Assembly: GCA_973895155.1 (NCBI GenBank)
Contig: OZ316898.1
Coordinates: 14,042,330 to 14,106,329, forward strand
Length of the DNA: 64,000 nucleotides
Direction: 5' to 3'
Source of the DNA: Marsupella aquatica
Lineage: Eukaryota > Plantae > Marchantiophyta
In this document: positions 49,530 to 63,890 of the stretch, in pieces
How positions within the stretch are numbered: position 1 is the first letter of the stretch
Layout of the letters: each line of letters begins with the position of its first letter
Notes under the pieces: generated by a model
What the model was told of the DNA's origin: nothing
Database searches by the model: none
The model's input: only the letters and a program-made list of their open reading frames with translations
Position numbers and translations under genes: made by a program

Positions 49530-51725
49530 CACAGGTAAGAAAATATGTTAGCTAGCTTCGATCACATCATTATCCTAAAAGTAATTGCCCTACCACCTTC
49601 CCTTCATAGAGATATAGGAAAATTTGGTCAGCTGCATGCGGAGGTAAGGTACGGTGTTTCAAGTACTTCTACAGTACTTGAAACACCGTTGTGACGTGAC
49701 CTATCCGTTTAAGTCGGTCAGATTATACAACAATGCCACTGAATCGTCCGCTAACTCCGCAAACTGCTCCCTGGAGTGAGAGAGTTTGATGTGCCTGGCC
49801 TCTACCTGTGATGCAGCCATTTCAGAAACGTTCGATCGGACGCTCCCTTTCCGAAATAATACCGCATAGCTGATTCGTACCTTCTGGGCCCACCGCTCAA
49901 CATGAGCTGAGAGGACCCCTCACCATTCCAGTCACTTTCATCACGTGGTCTGGAAATGCGCTACTTCAATATACACAATAAGATTTCGAGGAGCACAGCG
50001 ATGCGTGACCCACGGACTTAATTAAAGCCAATGATGACCTTTCGAAAGAAGCTGAATCATATGAGTCAGCTTACAAATCCATTCATAGACGGGACCCACA
50101 GTTTTGAGCTCACACTCAATGTATTTACTCGTTACAAGAACGAATGTTCGTGGATGTATAGGTATTTCGAAAAATCTTTCACAGGCGTCTTCATATCATC
50201 CGGAGTTCATATCATCCGGAGTTATATATATATATAGGTCGTGCTCTTGTCGAATAACTTTCTACAGACTTACTTCTTTATTAATTAATCAATAAGCTAT
50301 CCTGTCTTTATTTTCAGACAAGGCAGGATAAGTCCTGTATAAAAAGCTCATTTGGTGATTCAAACTCATATCTCGAACATGACTGTATTGAACGGTGAGT
50401 CTCAAAATCAGTCACCTCCGATATTGAAGATCTGAGCTCTGGCCGTGGCAATCTGGACAGTGTAGTCCGTAGTTGGCCCAGCCTAATGCCAACAGGCTGG
50501 CCCCGAGGCTGGCATGCTACTGAGCCTGGTGAGCAGGCGGTGGAATATGAAAGGTGAAATAAATCTAGAAAACATAATACAAACTACAGCCGCATTTCGT
50601 TGAAGTCCGTGGTGAGCAAGGCACGATTCAAGAGCAAGGACCCTGTGGTAGCTCTGGAAATCAAGGAACAAATATATTTTTGGATCTATCGGACTTTCTT
50701 TTGATATCCACTTGTTCTTTACAGAAGTATCGGTGGTGATCTTTGCTGCGGCTTGCAGTCACCCGAAAAGTCGTTACCACAGGTTATTACGGGCCTGAAG
50801 CCTTGTGGAAAATGAGAAATTCAGATGACTACTAGCTGGGGGTGGTAGGATTTATTAGTTTGGTCCCATTGAACTTGGGGACTGAGACCCCGGCTTGTTT
50901 TTCGTTCACTTAATTTGATCCTGTTAGGTTACTGACAGATAGACACTCTCTCCATTTCTCCCCCAGCATTTTGTACTAGGTCTTTCTTTTTTATGTGTGG
51001 CAATTCACTCTTAAGTATTTAGGTTATTGGGACTCCCTGGAGGGGCCAGTTGGTTGATGTTGGCCTTTTCTCTCTGGTTTAGCTTAGTTGTAGATTTTTT
51101 TGCCAACGTGAATGGCTCTTTGTGGCTCTGTTGGCTTGCTTGTTTCCCTCCTATTGTGGGGTTTTGGCTGTCTTTATCATATATAAATTTTTTGGGTGTT
51201 TCTTCCCCCTCCGAAAACAAAACGAGCAACTGACCCCAATTTTGAAAGGCTAAGTAGGTCAGAATTTGGGTGACCCCAATTTGAAAGGCTAAGTAGGTCA
51301 GAATTTGGATGTCTCTTCCGCCTCCAAAAAAACAAAAACAAAAGAAGCAACGGACACCAATTTGAAAGGCTAAGTAGGTCAGAATTTCAGTCCTCGCATG
51401 GGTCCTAAAGAGGACAATTGGCAAATCACCTCGCCTTGAAGGCCTACAAGGCCAACAAATATCTGTATCGCTAAACCACCTAACCTTCATTTTGTGTATG
51501 GGAGGTCCGCGCAATTTCTCTCCTGTGCTGCAAAGCTAAGGAATGGTACAAACTTGCAGCTCGGGCCTAGATCCTGGGAGTGGATGACTGACTACTTAGA
51601 CGCAAGTGCTGAAGGCAAGTTACGGAGGTTCTAATTAATTACTTCCTACACGCATACCAGAAGGGACACCAAGATTGGAGCCCAGTTGAAGCAATACCGT
51701 CAGCTTCTCTCCAAGATCGAGTTTT
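49530..51725 (+). repeat. Left arm of a diverged inverted duplication (partner about 62220-63890)
   Basis: For example 49741-49830 is the reverse complement of about 63595-63684, and 51660-51720 of about 62225-62290. Confidence 0.85.
51235..51390. repeat. Short repeat, 3 copies (AATTTGAAAGGCTAAGTAGGTCAGAATTT)
   Basis: Copies near 51238, 51278 and 51359. Confidence 0.85.
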
Positions 51726-52335
51726 GGGTCTAGTTTTATTAACCATAGTTTTCTCCAAACCAAAATTTCAAATTTGCCATAAAGTAAATGTTGGAGTACT
51801 TACAGCAATGTAAACCCTTATTTACTGAGAAATGCGCTCAAGGCTTGATACTGTAAAGCCAAGTAAAACACAAACTCGTAACGTACATGGCATACCATTC
51901 AATTGTCATTATATTCTCTACCTACTACTGTCCCCAATATATGGATCTGATAAACCACAACAAAATAATATCTACTAAATCACATCAAAATAATCTAACC
52001 TACTGAATCTACTCTACCACCCTATCAACTCTACTGTGGTGCGGTGCGACTCTAGTAAATAAATGGCTAAACATCCCCAGACTTATCCTACCTTATGTGA
52101 CTCTGGCTTTTATCAAGTTTGATGTAAGCTAGTGTTCTTAGATTAATCCTACTTACAATCCTAGAGTATGTATATTCTCTTGGTAATAAGTAGACTTTGC
52201 CAAATCCAGGGCCCAAACCTCTCGTGTTCATTATGGGAGTTTGTAGACAAACTACTACTCCCGCTATTACTAGCCTAATTATAGATTCTTGACCTGAGTG
52301 TCAATTTTGGGCTACCAAACAGTGTCAATGAGATC

Positions 52336-53202
52336 CACAAGGCAAAATTGTCATGGCCCAGCCTTAAAGGTCTCACTGTATGGAGGCCTCCCCATCACCT
52401 ACAATGATTTTAGGCCTCGGCCCCCCTCAAATATAGGAAACAGTTTTTATTTTTTAACCCTATAAAGCTAGAACATTCTTCAAATATTCTAGAAATTGGA
52501 TTAATTAGACCCTAATGTTCTTATAAGTCTCAAAATTAGATTTTAAAGACCATATTGTTCTTCTGAGAAAATTCTTAAATGTTACCGTAAAATCAATGAA
52601 ATGACCCTATCCTTCGTCGCACATGATGTGCTCTTTTTGTGGAAGTAAAAATTACTTATCCTCATTAGTGTTTTTTCTCCCTGGAGTTTTTCCTACTTGT
52701 TAAATTCCTACATTTAAAGTAGGAATTATTCCCTAGATCATGTAATGTGGGATTGTGTTCACTTTACACTTGGGGGTCTCACTATAATTATGGAGACCTC
52801 CCCATCACCTGCGATGGTTTTGGGCCTTGGATCCCCTAACATGTAAGAAAATTATAAATTTTGAACCCCAATATAGTTGGAGTATTCTTGGAATATTCCA
52901 AAAATTTGATTGAAAAGACTCTAATGTTCTTATAAGTTTCAAAATTGAATTTGAAAGACCCTATTGTTCTTTTGCAAAAATTAATTCTTAAGTCTTCAAT
53001 CCCTTTGAAGATCAATAAAATGACTCTATCCTTTGCCACACCTGATGTGTCATTTTCTTGACCATTTTTGTGGAAGTGAAACCCACGAGACTTTACACAC
53101 TGAGTTTTTCCTCACTTTAGTGTTAGCATGTCAGGGAAAAGGGTCCCTAAGTGGGAGTTTGGGGAGTTTTAGCAGCATGGGAGTGTGTCCATTCTGCCTT
53201 CA
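52336..53202 (-). mobile_element. Degenerate CACAA-terminus element containing two nested 8-bp-TSD-family MITEs
   Basis: Starts CACAAGGCAAAATTGTC and ends ATTCTGCCTT(CA); flanked by ATC/ATC; nested MITE 52769-53089 has TSD ACTTTACA and a degenerate copy lies at about 52365-52650. Confidence 0.7.
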
Positions 53203-55617
53203 ATCTGTTGGAATGGGCAATATATGATGCATGAAATCTATTTACAAAATGGAATAATTGGATCATGTACAAAATAGATCAAAATCTTGGATGATAGTAG
53301 AAAACTAATTAACTATGCTTAATATTAGTGTTTTTGATCCCTTAACTTTTCCTGCTTGTTGAATTCCTACATTTGAAGTGGGGATATTCCCTATCATTTA
53401 ATGTGGTATTGTGTCTCATTTACAGACTTTGTGTGTTACGATCCCCCTCCCCACTCCAGTGTTAGCAAGCTAGGGAAAAAGGTCCCTAAGTGGGAGTTTT
53501 ACCAAAATGAGTTGTGCCCAGGCAAATCTTGTGCTAGGGATAGGGGAGGCAGAGGAGAGGAAAATTAAAGGACGTTGTCAGGAGGAAAGTTAAGTAATGG
53601 AGGGGATGGAGGGAAATGAGTCATACATTTACAAATTTAATGATTCGCTTACAAATACTTGAGTTTTCTTACATTTCTTTGGCCGCACGTCCTCTAAGTC
53701 TCATTTTTTTAAGTCCCCATCCTGTGCAACATTTTCAAGGCTTGGACATTGTGTGAGTTGACACTAAAACTCTAGGATTATTTTTCTACTTTTTATACCT
53801 ATTCCAAAAATTATTGATAATCTCCACTTAGTATGTTTTCTTATTGGTCTCAAAATTCGTTAAGTCTTCTCTTAGTTCCAATACAATGATTGAATTCTTT
53901 GTTGCATGTGATGTACCATTTGTGCAATTATGCAAGTTTGTAAGACTGTCAAGCCCCGAGCTTTGCCTCCTCAAACCTTAGCTTATAATTGTCTTGTGTC
54001 TAGGCTTCAAATGTCCCGTCAAATGTTTGTTCTCCACTCAATACAAACTCTTCATTCATACGGTCCCAAACCACAAAATCAAACCCGTGTGAACCAGATG
54101 TCACTCTGATCTCTTCTCCCATTCATGCAAATTAAATGTCGGCCGGCCGGTGAAAATGTTGCCTTAACATTTAAGTTACTTATATTCTTAATATATCCTC
54201 ACTCATGATCTCCCATCTCAGTTGAGCATAATTATATTTTCCCCTTTTGCACATCTTACTTCTACCTCCCCTAACCTTACTTGTAAGCTCACTCTAACCC
54301 TCCTTTCCTAGCTCTTCCCTCCATTTACAATTTTGGCCTTGACCCATATTTAATTCATGTTCTATTTTGAGTATTTTCTTGGCATACAAAAATATATAAC
54401 CATCGACTACCCCACATGCCAGCCCACATCTTACACATCAATCAACAAGACTCTTGGTATGAGGACAACATTAATATTCTTTGTGTCGCCATCTTCCATC
54501 ATGGTGACCAACTGAATATTTCTAGCTCCATAATTGCCCAACTGCTGGGGCTGTTGGTCACCCAATTTTCATGACCCTGCCTTAACTCACTTTCAGCCCA
54601 CTTTCAAGTTGCTTCCCTATGTGATCTGAACAATCATGTAACTTGTGAGTCTGTCTTTGCTAGCCACAACTCAAGCCTAGCTTCTTTGGATCATCCTTTT
54701 TGCATGCAATTTTCCCTAAACACTCTTACTAGCTTGGGTTGACTCAATTAATTACAAGATTTGGTGTACAATAGGCATTTAAGCAGTGGATAAATAATTA
54801 AAGGTATAATATCAAAGAAGGCAAGCCACCAATGGCCACCCAAAGACCCAAAGGCTTTGCAAAGCATAGCAAGCCTGAGACCAGTATTTAGCATTGGGCT
54901 ATAATTGGACACATCAGTTTGTGTATGGGAAAAGTGGGCAGTCCGGCCAAAAGACTGATGGTCTGCCATCAATTGGAAATTGCGGGGGAAATGATTTTTA
55001 ATGAACCATATATATATCTAGTACAAGGAGATAATTCCCTGGGGTCCTCACTTCTTTTCTTCCAACCCATCATGCACAAATAAGTATAGAGTTTTTATAT
55101 TGGGTTTAGTGAAATACTTTTAAATTTTTGTTGAAGAACATTAGGGTTTGATTCCCCAAAACTTTGCGCGTGATATGGGACAACCCTTGGATTGAGGTCC
55201 CTGAGGATAATTTATGATCATGATTAACTAAGGATAGAATCTGCATGAGTAGTCCAAGCCAGAAAACACTAATTTGTAAAGTTTAAAATAGTTTTAAGAG
55301 GGCAACAAGGGCCATATATTTCCAGCCAATGGCCAGGCCAGTGGCAGCAAAACCAGCAGGTGGCACATACTCAAATTAAGGCCAGGAAACAACATTCAAG
55401 GAAAACCTGCTAGACACCTGCCGCATTTTCCACATGAAACTAGGGAGGGCCTGGCCAAGTCCATTGTCCACTTGTGACCAGTCAGAGTTAATCGCAATTT
55501 ATCAGCCATCTAGTGATTATCTTATATGAACATTTTAAAATAATATAAGTCATAGGAAATCTGTGAAACCCCACTGACATAAGTGGAACACTCAACCACA
55601 ACTTACATTTGAACTCT

Positions 55618-56520
55618 CACAAAGGCAGAATGGACACACTCCCATGTTACTTAGTAAAACTCCGACTTAGGGGCCCTTTCCCTAGCATGCTTGGGGATCT
55701 CACTATATGAGGGCCTTCCCATCACTTGTGACTATTTCAGGCCTCAGACCCCCTAATTAAAATGTAAGGAATTTTCCTAAATTTTGACCCCTTTAAAGTT
55801 GTAATATTCTTAAATTTTGATTAAATTAAAGGACCCGGGAAAGGACCCCAATGGACTTACAAGTCTCAAAATTGAATTTAAAAGACAATATTATTAATTT
55901 TCTAAGAATTTTTTTGAATTATTCCCTTAGACCCAATCAAATGACCCTATCATGCGTCACATGTGATGTGCCATTTTTATGGAAATGAAACTTCAAGCTA
56001 GCATGCTAACACTATAGTGGGGAAAAGTGCAAACTTAAGTGTTTAAAGTGAAAAAACCCCACTTTACATCATAGGGAATATTCCTCACTTTGAATGTAGG
56101 AATTTGACAAGTAAGGAAAAACTCTAGCCAGGGAGAAATGATTAATGTGGATTATAATTTTTTTACTAGGGTTCGGACTTTGATTTCTTTTGTGTGAAAT
56201 TTCATTTTGTAGATAGATTGTAAGCATCCATGTCAGTCATGCATTATAATTACCCATTTAGAACTCATTGACAGGGTTTGGAAACCCAAAATTGATGCTT
56301 TGGTTAAAGATTATGAACAGTTCTAGTGTTTGTAGGTAAGTGTGCAATCCCCTAGATGAACATGAGAGACTTGGCAAACCAAGGGGACATGCAAATCCTC
56401 TAAGATTGTCTTTTTTGTAAGGAGGGTTTAAGAACACCAACATTAAACTAGGCAAAAGTCCCACACACTGAAGGATAGATTTGATTTCCTACTTGGGGGG
56501 TGTGACAGTTTTGCCTTGTG
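55618..56520 (+). mobile_element. CACAA-terminus non-autonomous element with nested MITE (55690-55997)
   Basis: CACAAAGGCAGAATGG...TTTGCCTTGTG, TSD TCT; nested MITE has TSD CTAGCATG. Confidence 0.85.
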
Positions 56521-59500
56521 TCTAGACTTATGAGTCTCAACTCAAGTGTGTGGTCTTATATATGAGTCTCAAGTCAAGTGAGTTACCACACATCCATGGC
56601 TCTCTGGGCATTCTAGCTAGTTTTTTTTCATAACATAATATTAATGCAGAAGCTCGAAGAGAAGGCAAGGATCAGCAAGGAACAAGAAAATGGATCACAA
56701 GATTAGCTAGAACTGTGATCTCGACTGTAACCTCTAAAAAGAGCATACAGGGGTTGTTTTTAAAGGATGGCTTCACAAAAGTGGCCTCTATCCCTAAATA
56801 AATGGCAACCAGCTTCCATTTTCACTACCCTTGATCTCCATATTTGGTAAAAATGACAGCCACATGAGATCTCTATGCTGACCTCTATTTCCATCTACAT
56901 CAGAGATTTCACCAGAATTGAGTCACAAGATCCTGGATATGGTTGAGATTTTGAGCCTTGCTCAAAGAAGGGGAACCTCGAGCGACTAAATAAACTAATA
57001 TAGGAGTTTCTCTAATTTCTACACCTCCAAATGAGGGATTACATTTTGAGTTTAGAGTTGACCCTTAAAAGGCTAAAATGCTGTTATTTAAACTTTGTTA
57101 AGCCTGGAAGCTTGAGAATGACTTAAAATGACATGAGCCAGTTATATCAGGAGCAATCATGTGGGCAATATATCATGATCGCTTATTCAAAGATAAATAA
57201 ATTATTCGGTTGGAAAGGACACTTTGGTTTAACTTAGACGTTCCATATGCTGCCTACCAGTTAGCTGGAAAAGTCAGGAGACGATAGAACCAATATACCT
57301 AACGGACGTGTTTCCGCAAGTCCTCAGCAAATGATGGTAATCTGGAAAAGAACAAAAATAGCAAAGCATGCATGATTAATTGATGAGCTTAGCTGATTAC
57401 CGATAACGACAAGCACTACGGCTTCAGCCATGGTAGCTAGCTCCAGTCGAAGGCGATCTGCGTTTGTTATCGTGATCGGGTAAGCGTTTACCACCGATTC
57501 CGGTCATGCACGGCGCGTCCCTTCATGAATAAAATACAATTTCATTCTAGCAAGTGTTATCGTTATGATCGATGAGACAAAGCCCATAGTCCTCAAAAAT
57601 ATATCCTAAACTGTATGACCCTCTGTATAGCTACTTGCCTTTAAGATCGACTTCGTCTACGATGTTACCTTAATTTGACAAAGTGGGCAAGAGGCCGGAT
57701 GCAGTGGCTGACCACCAAGGAGCTGATGTCAAGCACCAAAGGTAAACGGAACGATTACACTTAACTCATATTATATAGACCTGCATGAAAAGCAGATGTC
57801 CAACCCTTTACTTTAGTTACTTTGACTATTATAGTTGAGGGTGTAATCAATCAACACAGTAACGAGTACAAAACATTCATCAAAGTGAAATCTGTTTTTG
57901 GAATGTGTTTTTTGGAAATTCTTGCTGGCATGTGGTCAACCTGACTAATAGGTAACAGTAAAGCTGGTCCAATGAAAACAACTAACAAGATCACTGAAGA
58001 GTCTCCCCAGGCGAGAGGTTGAAACTAATATTGTACGGTAGAATCAACGTCACCAATACTCAACCTTAGCCTAGTGCTGGAGCTTAATTAAGACCCGTGT
58101 AAGATGGACACAAGCACAAGTCGCACTTAAATACCATGCCAGCTAGCCTTCAATGCTGAAATCCTTTGAGGAGCTCTATGGCAAAGAATGGATCTGAAGT
58201 TAAGAACATAAAAGTTCAGTTTATATTCAGAATTGCAGGCAGAATGTTAATTGGATATATTGGATATTCGCCATAGGTTGAGAGATTTCACGTTGTTAGG
58301 CTGCAAACATGGCTCTCACAAGGAATAAATATATGAGGTACGTCCATATTGACAATAACAAATAGGTGACTCAATGCGGCTGAGAAGTGGATGCTAGTGC
58401 TTGATTTAGTTGACAAGTATGATTCACTTCATAAAATAAATTTACTTAATAAACTTTAAGTAGGTTTGTCATGCTGAGTTTAGAGACCCCTTCCTTCCTA
58501 CTGACGAGGCACGGAAATATATCCGAACTGACTAATGCGATGATTGAAGAATACAGATCATAAAAGCAAACTTCTCCCTATCTCAAGCCTGCTCTAGGCA
58601 TGCCGTTTTATTCAGCTAGGCAAGCTATGATTTGGGCCATGTGTCACTGAAGATCGAAGCACGGAGAGTGTTTCCAGCCTAGTTAGTTAATTAATATTGT
58701 CAGTTTCTCGTTCCGAAATCCCTGAGCCGGGAGGTCAAAGAGGAGTTGTAGCTAGCTGAAGCACCCTCAATTGATTTCACACCCTCAATTGATTTCACAA
58801 GGTCAGCTTCAAACTCTCTTCGTTAATTTCTCAGTTGTGTGCGGAAAGTAATGTGATCAACAATTAAATCTTGATCCATGTGGTCCGATAAGTTTTTCAA
58901 GGCAGATTCCTCTCTGATGCTTGATCCTTTCTTGGGTCGGTCACTGCTTGTGGGAAGAAACCCTGACGCTTGATCATGTCCCGCACTGTTGCTCAGAACC
59001 TTACTTCACGATGCTTGGATTTGACAGTTGCTGGAAAGAGTAGTAAACTCCGAATACCTGGACTTCACCTTCTCAGGAAGTCACATGATTGCATTTTAGA
59101 GTGGATGATATAGTTTGAATTGCTGACTGTTATATATAGTAGCTAGTCAAACACCTCAGGTTCGTAAGCAAAATTAATAATTAGCCAAGTATGTGACTAT
59201 CACATGGATTTGAAAGTACGTATCCAAAGCGGTAAGTTTGACATATTGCTTTACTACACTGTCTCTTGGCATCATACACATATTCTCAAGCTCCAGAAAT
59301 CTCTCTTCAGCTACCTTTTCTTGTAATTATTGTGCTGTAATCGTTCTTTTCATTGGACCAGCTGGTTCACCTAATAGTCAGGTTGCCAGCATGTCAGCAA
59401 AAATATCCAAAATATGCATTCCAGAAAATACATGATGTCACAAAGCATTCATCAAAGACCTATGAGGGATTTGTACTAGGTAGTGTTGATTGATTACAAC

Positions 59501-59789
59501 CAAAACTATAATAGTCACAATTAAGTAAAGTGTTGGAGTTTCACAAGGCACCTTCCCAAGTGGGACATACTCCCATTTTGTTAAGGTTTTTCCCATCATT
59601 TTAACAAAGAAGTAGGAGAACGCGCAAACAGTGGTAGAATTGCACACATTCTCACTTTTGAAACTAGGAGCTCCTCCTAGTTCTGATTTAAGCCCCCATA
59701 TTGCTGCAAAGAAGTTTCCTAGTATGGCATGTCGTAATTCCTGCGGGTGCCTTTGGTGACTTTGAGAGGATCCGAAAGAGAAATCAACA

Positions 59790-60081
59790 TCATTACGCAT
59801 TTAGAACTCATTGACACCATTTTTGTAGCCCAAATTGATGATCTGGTTGAAGATTTACAAGCAGTCTTAGTGTTTGTAGGTAAGTCTACAAATTCACATC
59901 TGAACACAAAAGAATTGAATGAGAAAAGACACACTTATTACCAAAGGAATATACAAATACTCTAGGGTTGTCCTTTTTTGAAGTAGTATTTAAGAACACC
60001 AATATCAAGCCAGGTAAAAGTCCCACATAAGGTAGGATAAACTTAATTTCCTAATGGGGCATGTGACAGTTTTGCCTTGTG
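59790..60081 (+). mobile_element. 3' part of another CACAA-family element
   Basis: ATTTAGAACTCATTGACA...GACAGTTTTGCCTTGTG matches the ends of the 1101 and 55618 copies. Confidence 0.7.
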
Positions 60082-61495
60082 TTTCTCCAACGTAGACAGA
60101 GTCAATCTCATAGGCAAGTAGCTATACAGCGGGTCATACAGTTTAAGATATTTTTTAGTTTCCTTTACTATGGTCTCAATCTCATCACTGATGACCATTA
60201 CTAGCTAAATTATATATTATGCTTGAAGGGACGCATCGATCGTGTGGTGGTTTGTACAACTTACTCACAATAACCATTTAATGCAGACTGTCTTCGACTA
60301 GAGCTAGCTACCATTGCTGAAGCTGTAGTGCTTGTCATTGTCCTGTATTGTCCTGCGTACATGCATTACGTGGGGAACCAGCTCATCAATCATGCTTCGG
60401 CTATTTTTGTTCTTTTTCACATTACCATCGTGTGCTGAGAACGTTACGGAAACACATTCCTAAGGACACGTATATTGGTTCTATCTTTTGGGTCCTGACT
60501 TTTCCAACTAATTGGTTAGCGGCTAAGTGCAACGTCAAAGTTGAACCGAAGTGTCCATTCCAACTGAATATTTTATTTATATTATATTGGAAGATCATAA
60601 TTGCTCCTGAACTGGCTCTAACTTGTCATTTTTGAATCATTCGGGAATGTAGTTAACATAGTCTAAATAATTACTGTTGTGATCCATTCAGGGATCCATT
60701 TTCACATCACTTGCTGATCCTTGACTTCTATTCAAGCTTCTACGTTATTCTGTGAGAAAGACCAAATAAAATGCTCATAGGATAATCACTAAATGGCTGA
60801 TTGATTGTGACAAATACTTCTGCTCTCAAGTGGTCAATATAGTTGGCCAGGCCCCTCCCTACATTCCTGTGGAAAATGTGGTGGATATTTGGCGGGTTTG
60901 CCTTCAATGTGGTTTCCTGGCCTTTGAGTGCAGCCTGCTGTACGTTTTCTTGCCACACTGGTTGAGAGTAAATGGCCCTTGCTGCCCTATGAAAAATATT
61001 TGAACAACTAAGAGAATTAGTACTCATGCCAATATCCTCAATCATGGCCATCTCCTTGCACTAGATGCAAATTTAATTCCTAACTGATTGTATACCATTA
61101 ATTAGTTTTTTGGACTGCCCACTTGTTCCATCCATAAACTAAGGAGTCCAATAGTAACCCAATCTTGTTGTTAGTCCTAGGCTTGCTATGCCGTGTAAGC
61201 TCCTGGCTGGGTAATTACACATCAAAATGTGACAATACATGGTGTGGGGCTTTTGTTCTGGCCATACTCAGAGTCTGTTTGCACTGCAAAAATGACATAT
61301 CACATGCGAAAAATCATATGATCATTTTATTGTATCTGATAGAATACTTAATGATCTAAAAGAACATTAAATTCTTGGACTAGGGTACTTCAAATCCAAC
61401 TTCAGACTAATAAGAAAACATGGAGTTTTAAAATAAATTTCGGAATAGGTTTATAAATTGTTCCAAAAGCCGTCTTCTAAGGTTTAAGGGTGTGT

Positions 61496-61732
61496 GACTT
61501 GGCGTCCAAGCCTTGAAAACATTGAACGTGATGGGGGACTCCCATAGTGAGGCTCAGAGGACCCGTCAAAGAGAATGTTAGAAAAAACATAAATATTTGT
61601 AAGATAATCATAAACTTTGTAAATGAGTCTTTTCTCTCCATCCCCTCCCTTATGTAGTATCCTTTGTCTCTCTCATTCCCCTCCTCTTCAGTCCTTTACT
61701 TTTACTCTCCTCTGCCTCCCCTCTCCCTAGTG
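61496..61732 (-). repeat. Dispersed repeat of about 230 bp, inverted relative to the copy at about 53533-53750
   Basis: GGGGAGGCAGAGGAGAG..CAAGGCTTGGAC is shared in opposite orientation. Confidence 0.6.
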
Positions 61733-62219
61733 TTAATTAAACACAAATCTCATATATCCCTCCCCAGAGGTCCCCCATGTGCCTTCCGCCTGGTTTGTGA
61801 TCTTTCCGCCTGGTTTGTGATCTGATCCCTAAAGCTCCCCGTTCCCTGCCAATTCACATTTTAATTCCTTTCCTAGTGGGCCACCCAGCAACTCATTTTT
61901 GATGTGGCTGAGCACGACCACCCTGCATGACTTTGTCCCAACTCCACACCCCCGTTCACACCCATCTTGAATGAGTTAGTCATGCACAGGAAAAAACTCC
62001 AAGATAAATGAACAGCCACATTTTGATCCCGGAAACCATATTAATTAGGCAAGTCATAGTCCATAGGATTTGCAAATTCAATGTTTTAATTTATAAGCAA
62101 AAGGCCACACAGAAAGATGTCTGGTAACTTATCATAAAATAATCAATTTCCTTTATAGCAAGTTTCAGAAAATTCGTAAAATTTTCCTTACAAAAAATTA
62201 TGGTTATGAATAAAACTAG

Positions 62220-63890
62220 ACGTAGAACTCTTGGAGAGAAGCTGACGATATTGCTTCAACTAAGCTCCAATGTAGGCGTCCTTTCTGGCATGCAGGAAGT
62301 AATTAGAACTTAAGTAACTTGGCTCCAGGGCGCACTGCATGTACTTGTAGCTTACGTTCCTTTTACCAACTAGTTGGTCAGATGACGCCCAGGATCCAGC
62401 CCCAAGCTGCAAGCAAGTTGTACCAGCCCTTAGCTATAGCTTTGTAGTAAAGGGGAGAAATGCGCGGACCACGGTACCCAAAATGAAGAATATATGGATG
62501 ATACAGATATTTGCTGGCCTTGAAGGCGAGGTGATATGCCAATTGTCCTCTTTAGGACCCAATAAAGGACTGAAATTCTGACCTACAAGTTGGCCCTTCG
62601 AATTTTGCCTCGCTCACCAATGCACGGATTTCAATGAGTTACATCCTGAGTTTGCATCGTGTTTCTTAATGTATTTTCACTCTGCATGCTCATCATCAGG
62701 CTACAGTAGCATGCCAGCCCGTTGGCTTCAGACTGGGGCCAGTTGACAACACTGTCCAGATTGCTAGGCCCCCTGGGCCCTCAGTCTTAACTAATACATG
62801 GAGGACATGCGAACGTTCAAATGGTAGTTTTTATTCATTTTAAACTAATAATTATAATTATTATCGGTAATAAGGGAACTTTTAATGGTAAAACAAAAAT
62901 AACAAAGGGTAAACACGAAAAGGGCCCGATCGCAGGGGGGTCCACTTCTTTTACATGGACTGAGGGCCCAGGGGCTAGGCCTAGCTGAGCTCAGATCGTC
63001 AATATCGGAGGTGACTGGTTTTAAGACTTTCCATTCAACGCAACACAGTCGTGTTAGAGGTATGATGTCAATCACAGATTGAGATTTTTATATCGAAGGA
63101 CTTTTATTCATCCTGCCTTGTTAGAAAATCAAGATAGGAAAGCTCACTGAATATTATTATAGTAGTAGAAAGGGTTTTTGACAAGAGCACTATATATATA
63201 ACTCTGGAATGATGATATATATGAAGAGGCATGTGAAAGTTTTTTCTAAATACCTATACATCCGCGAACAATATTCATTATTTGTAAATACTTCAAGTGT
63301 GAGCTGAAAATTGTGGCCCCTATCGATGGATGGATCACTAAGTGGACTCATATAATTCAGCTTCCATTGAAAAGTCATGATTGGCGTTGACTGACTCCGT
63401 GGGTCCCGTGCGCTTATCTAAATCCCATTGTGTACATTAAAGTAGCGCATATCCAGACCACGTGATATTGAAAGAGACTGGAATGGGGAGCCGTTCTCTC
63501 AGCTCACACCTCATTGTTGAGCGGTAGGTCCTTAAGGTACTTACCACGCATCAGCTATGCGGTATCATTTTGGCAAGGGAGCGTCCGATCAAAGGTTTCT
63601 GAAATGGCTGCATCGCAGGTAGAGGCCAGTCACATCAAACCCTCTCACTCAAGGGAGCAATTTGCGGAATTAGCGGACGATTCAGCGGCATTGTCGTATA
63701 ATCTGACAACGGATGCGTCACACCACAACAGTGTTTCAAGTAGAAGACCCCGTACCTTACCTACAAATGCAATTGACCATATTTCTCTTGACCCTAATTT
63801 TCTGCGTCTCTACCTTGGAGGTGAAGCCAAGGTGGGAGGGAGCTTATTTAATTTCAGGATAATGATGTCAGCTAACATATTTTCTCACCC
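62220..63890 (-). repeat. Right arm of the inverted duplication
   Basis: Reverse-complement similarity to 49530-51725 with indels. Confidence 0.85.

Noticed and set aside
56530-61400. Short ORFs in the right flank
   Set aside because: No recognisable domains or exon chain; several overlap MITE remnants
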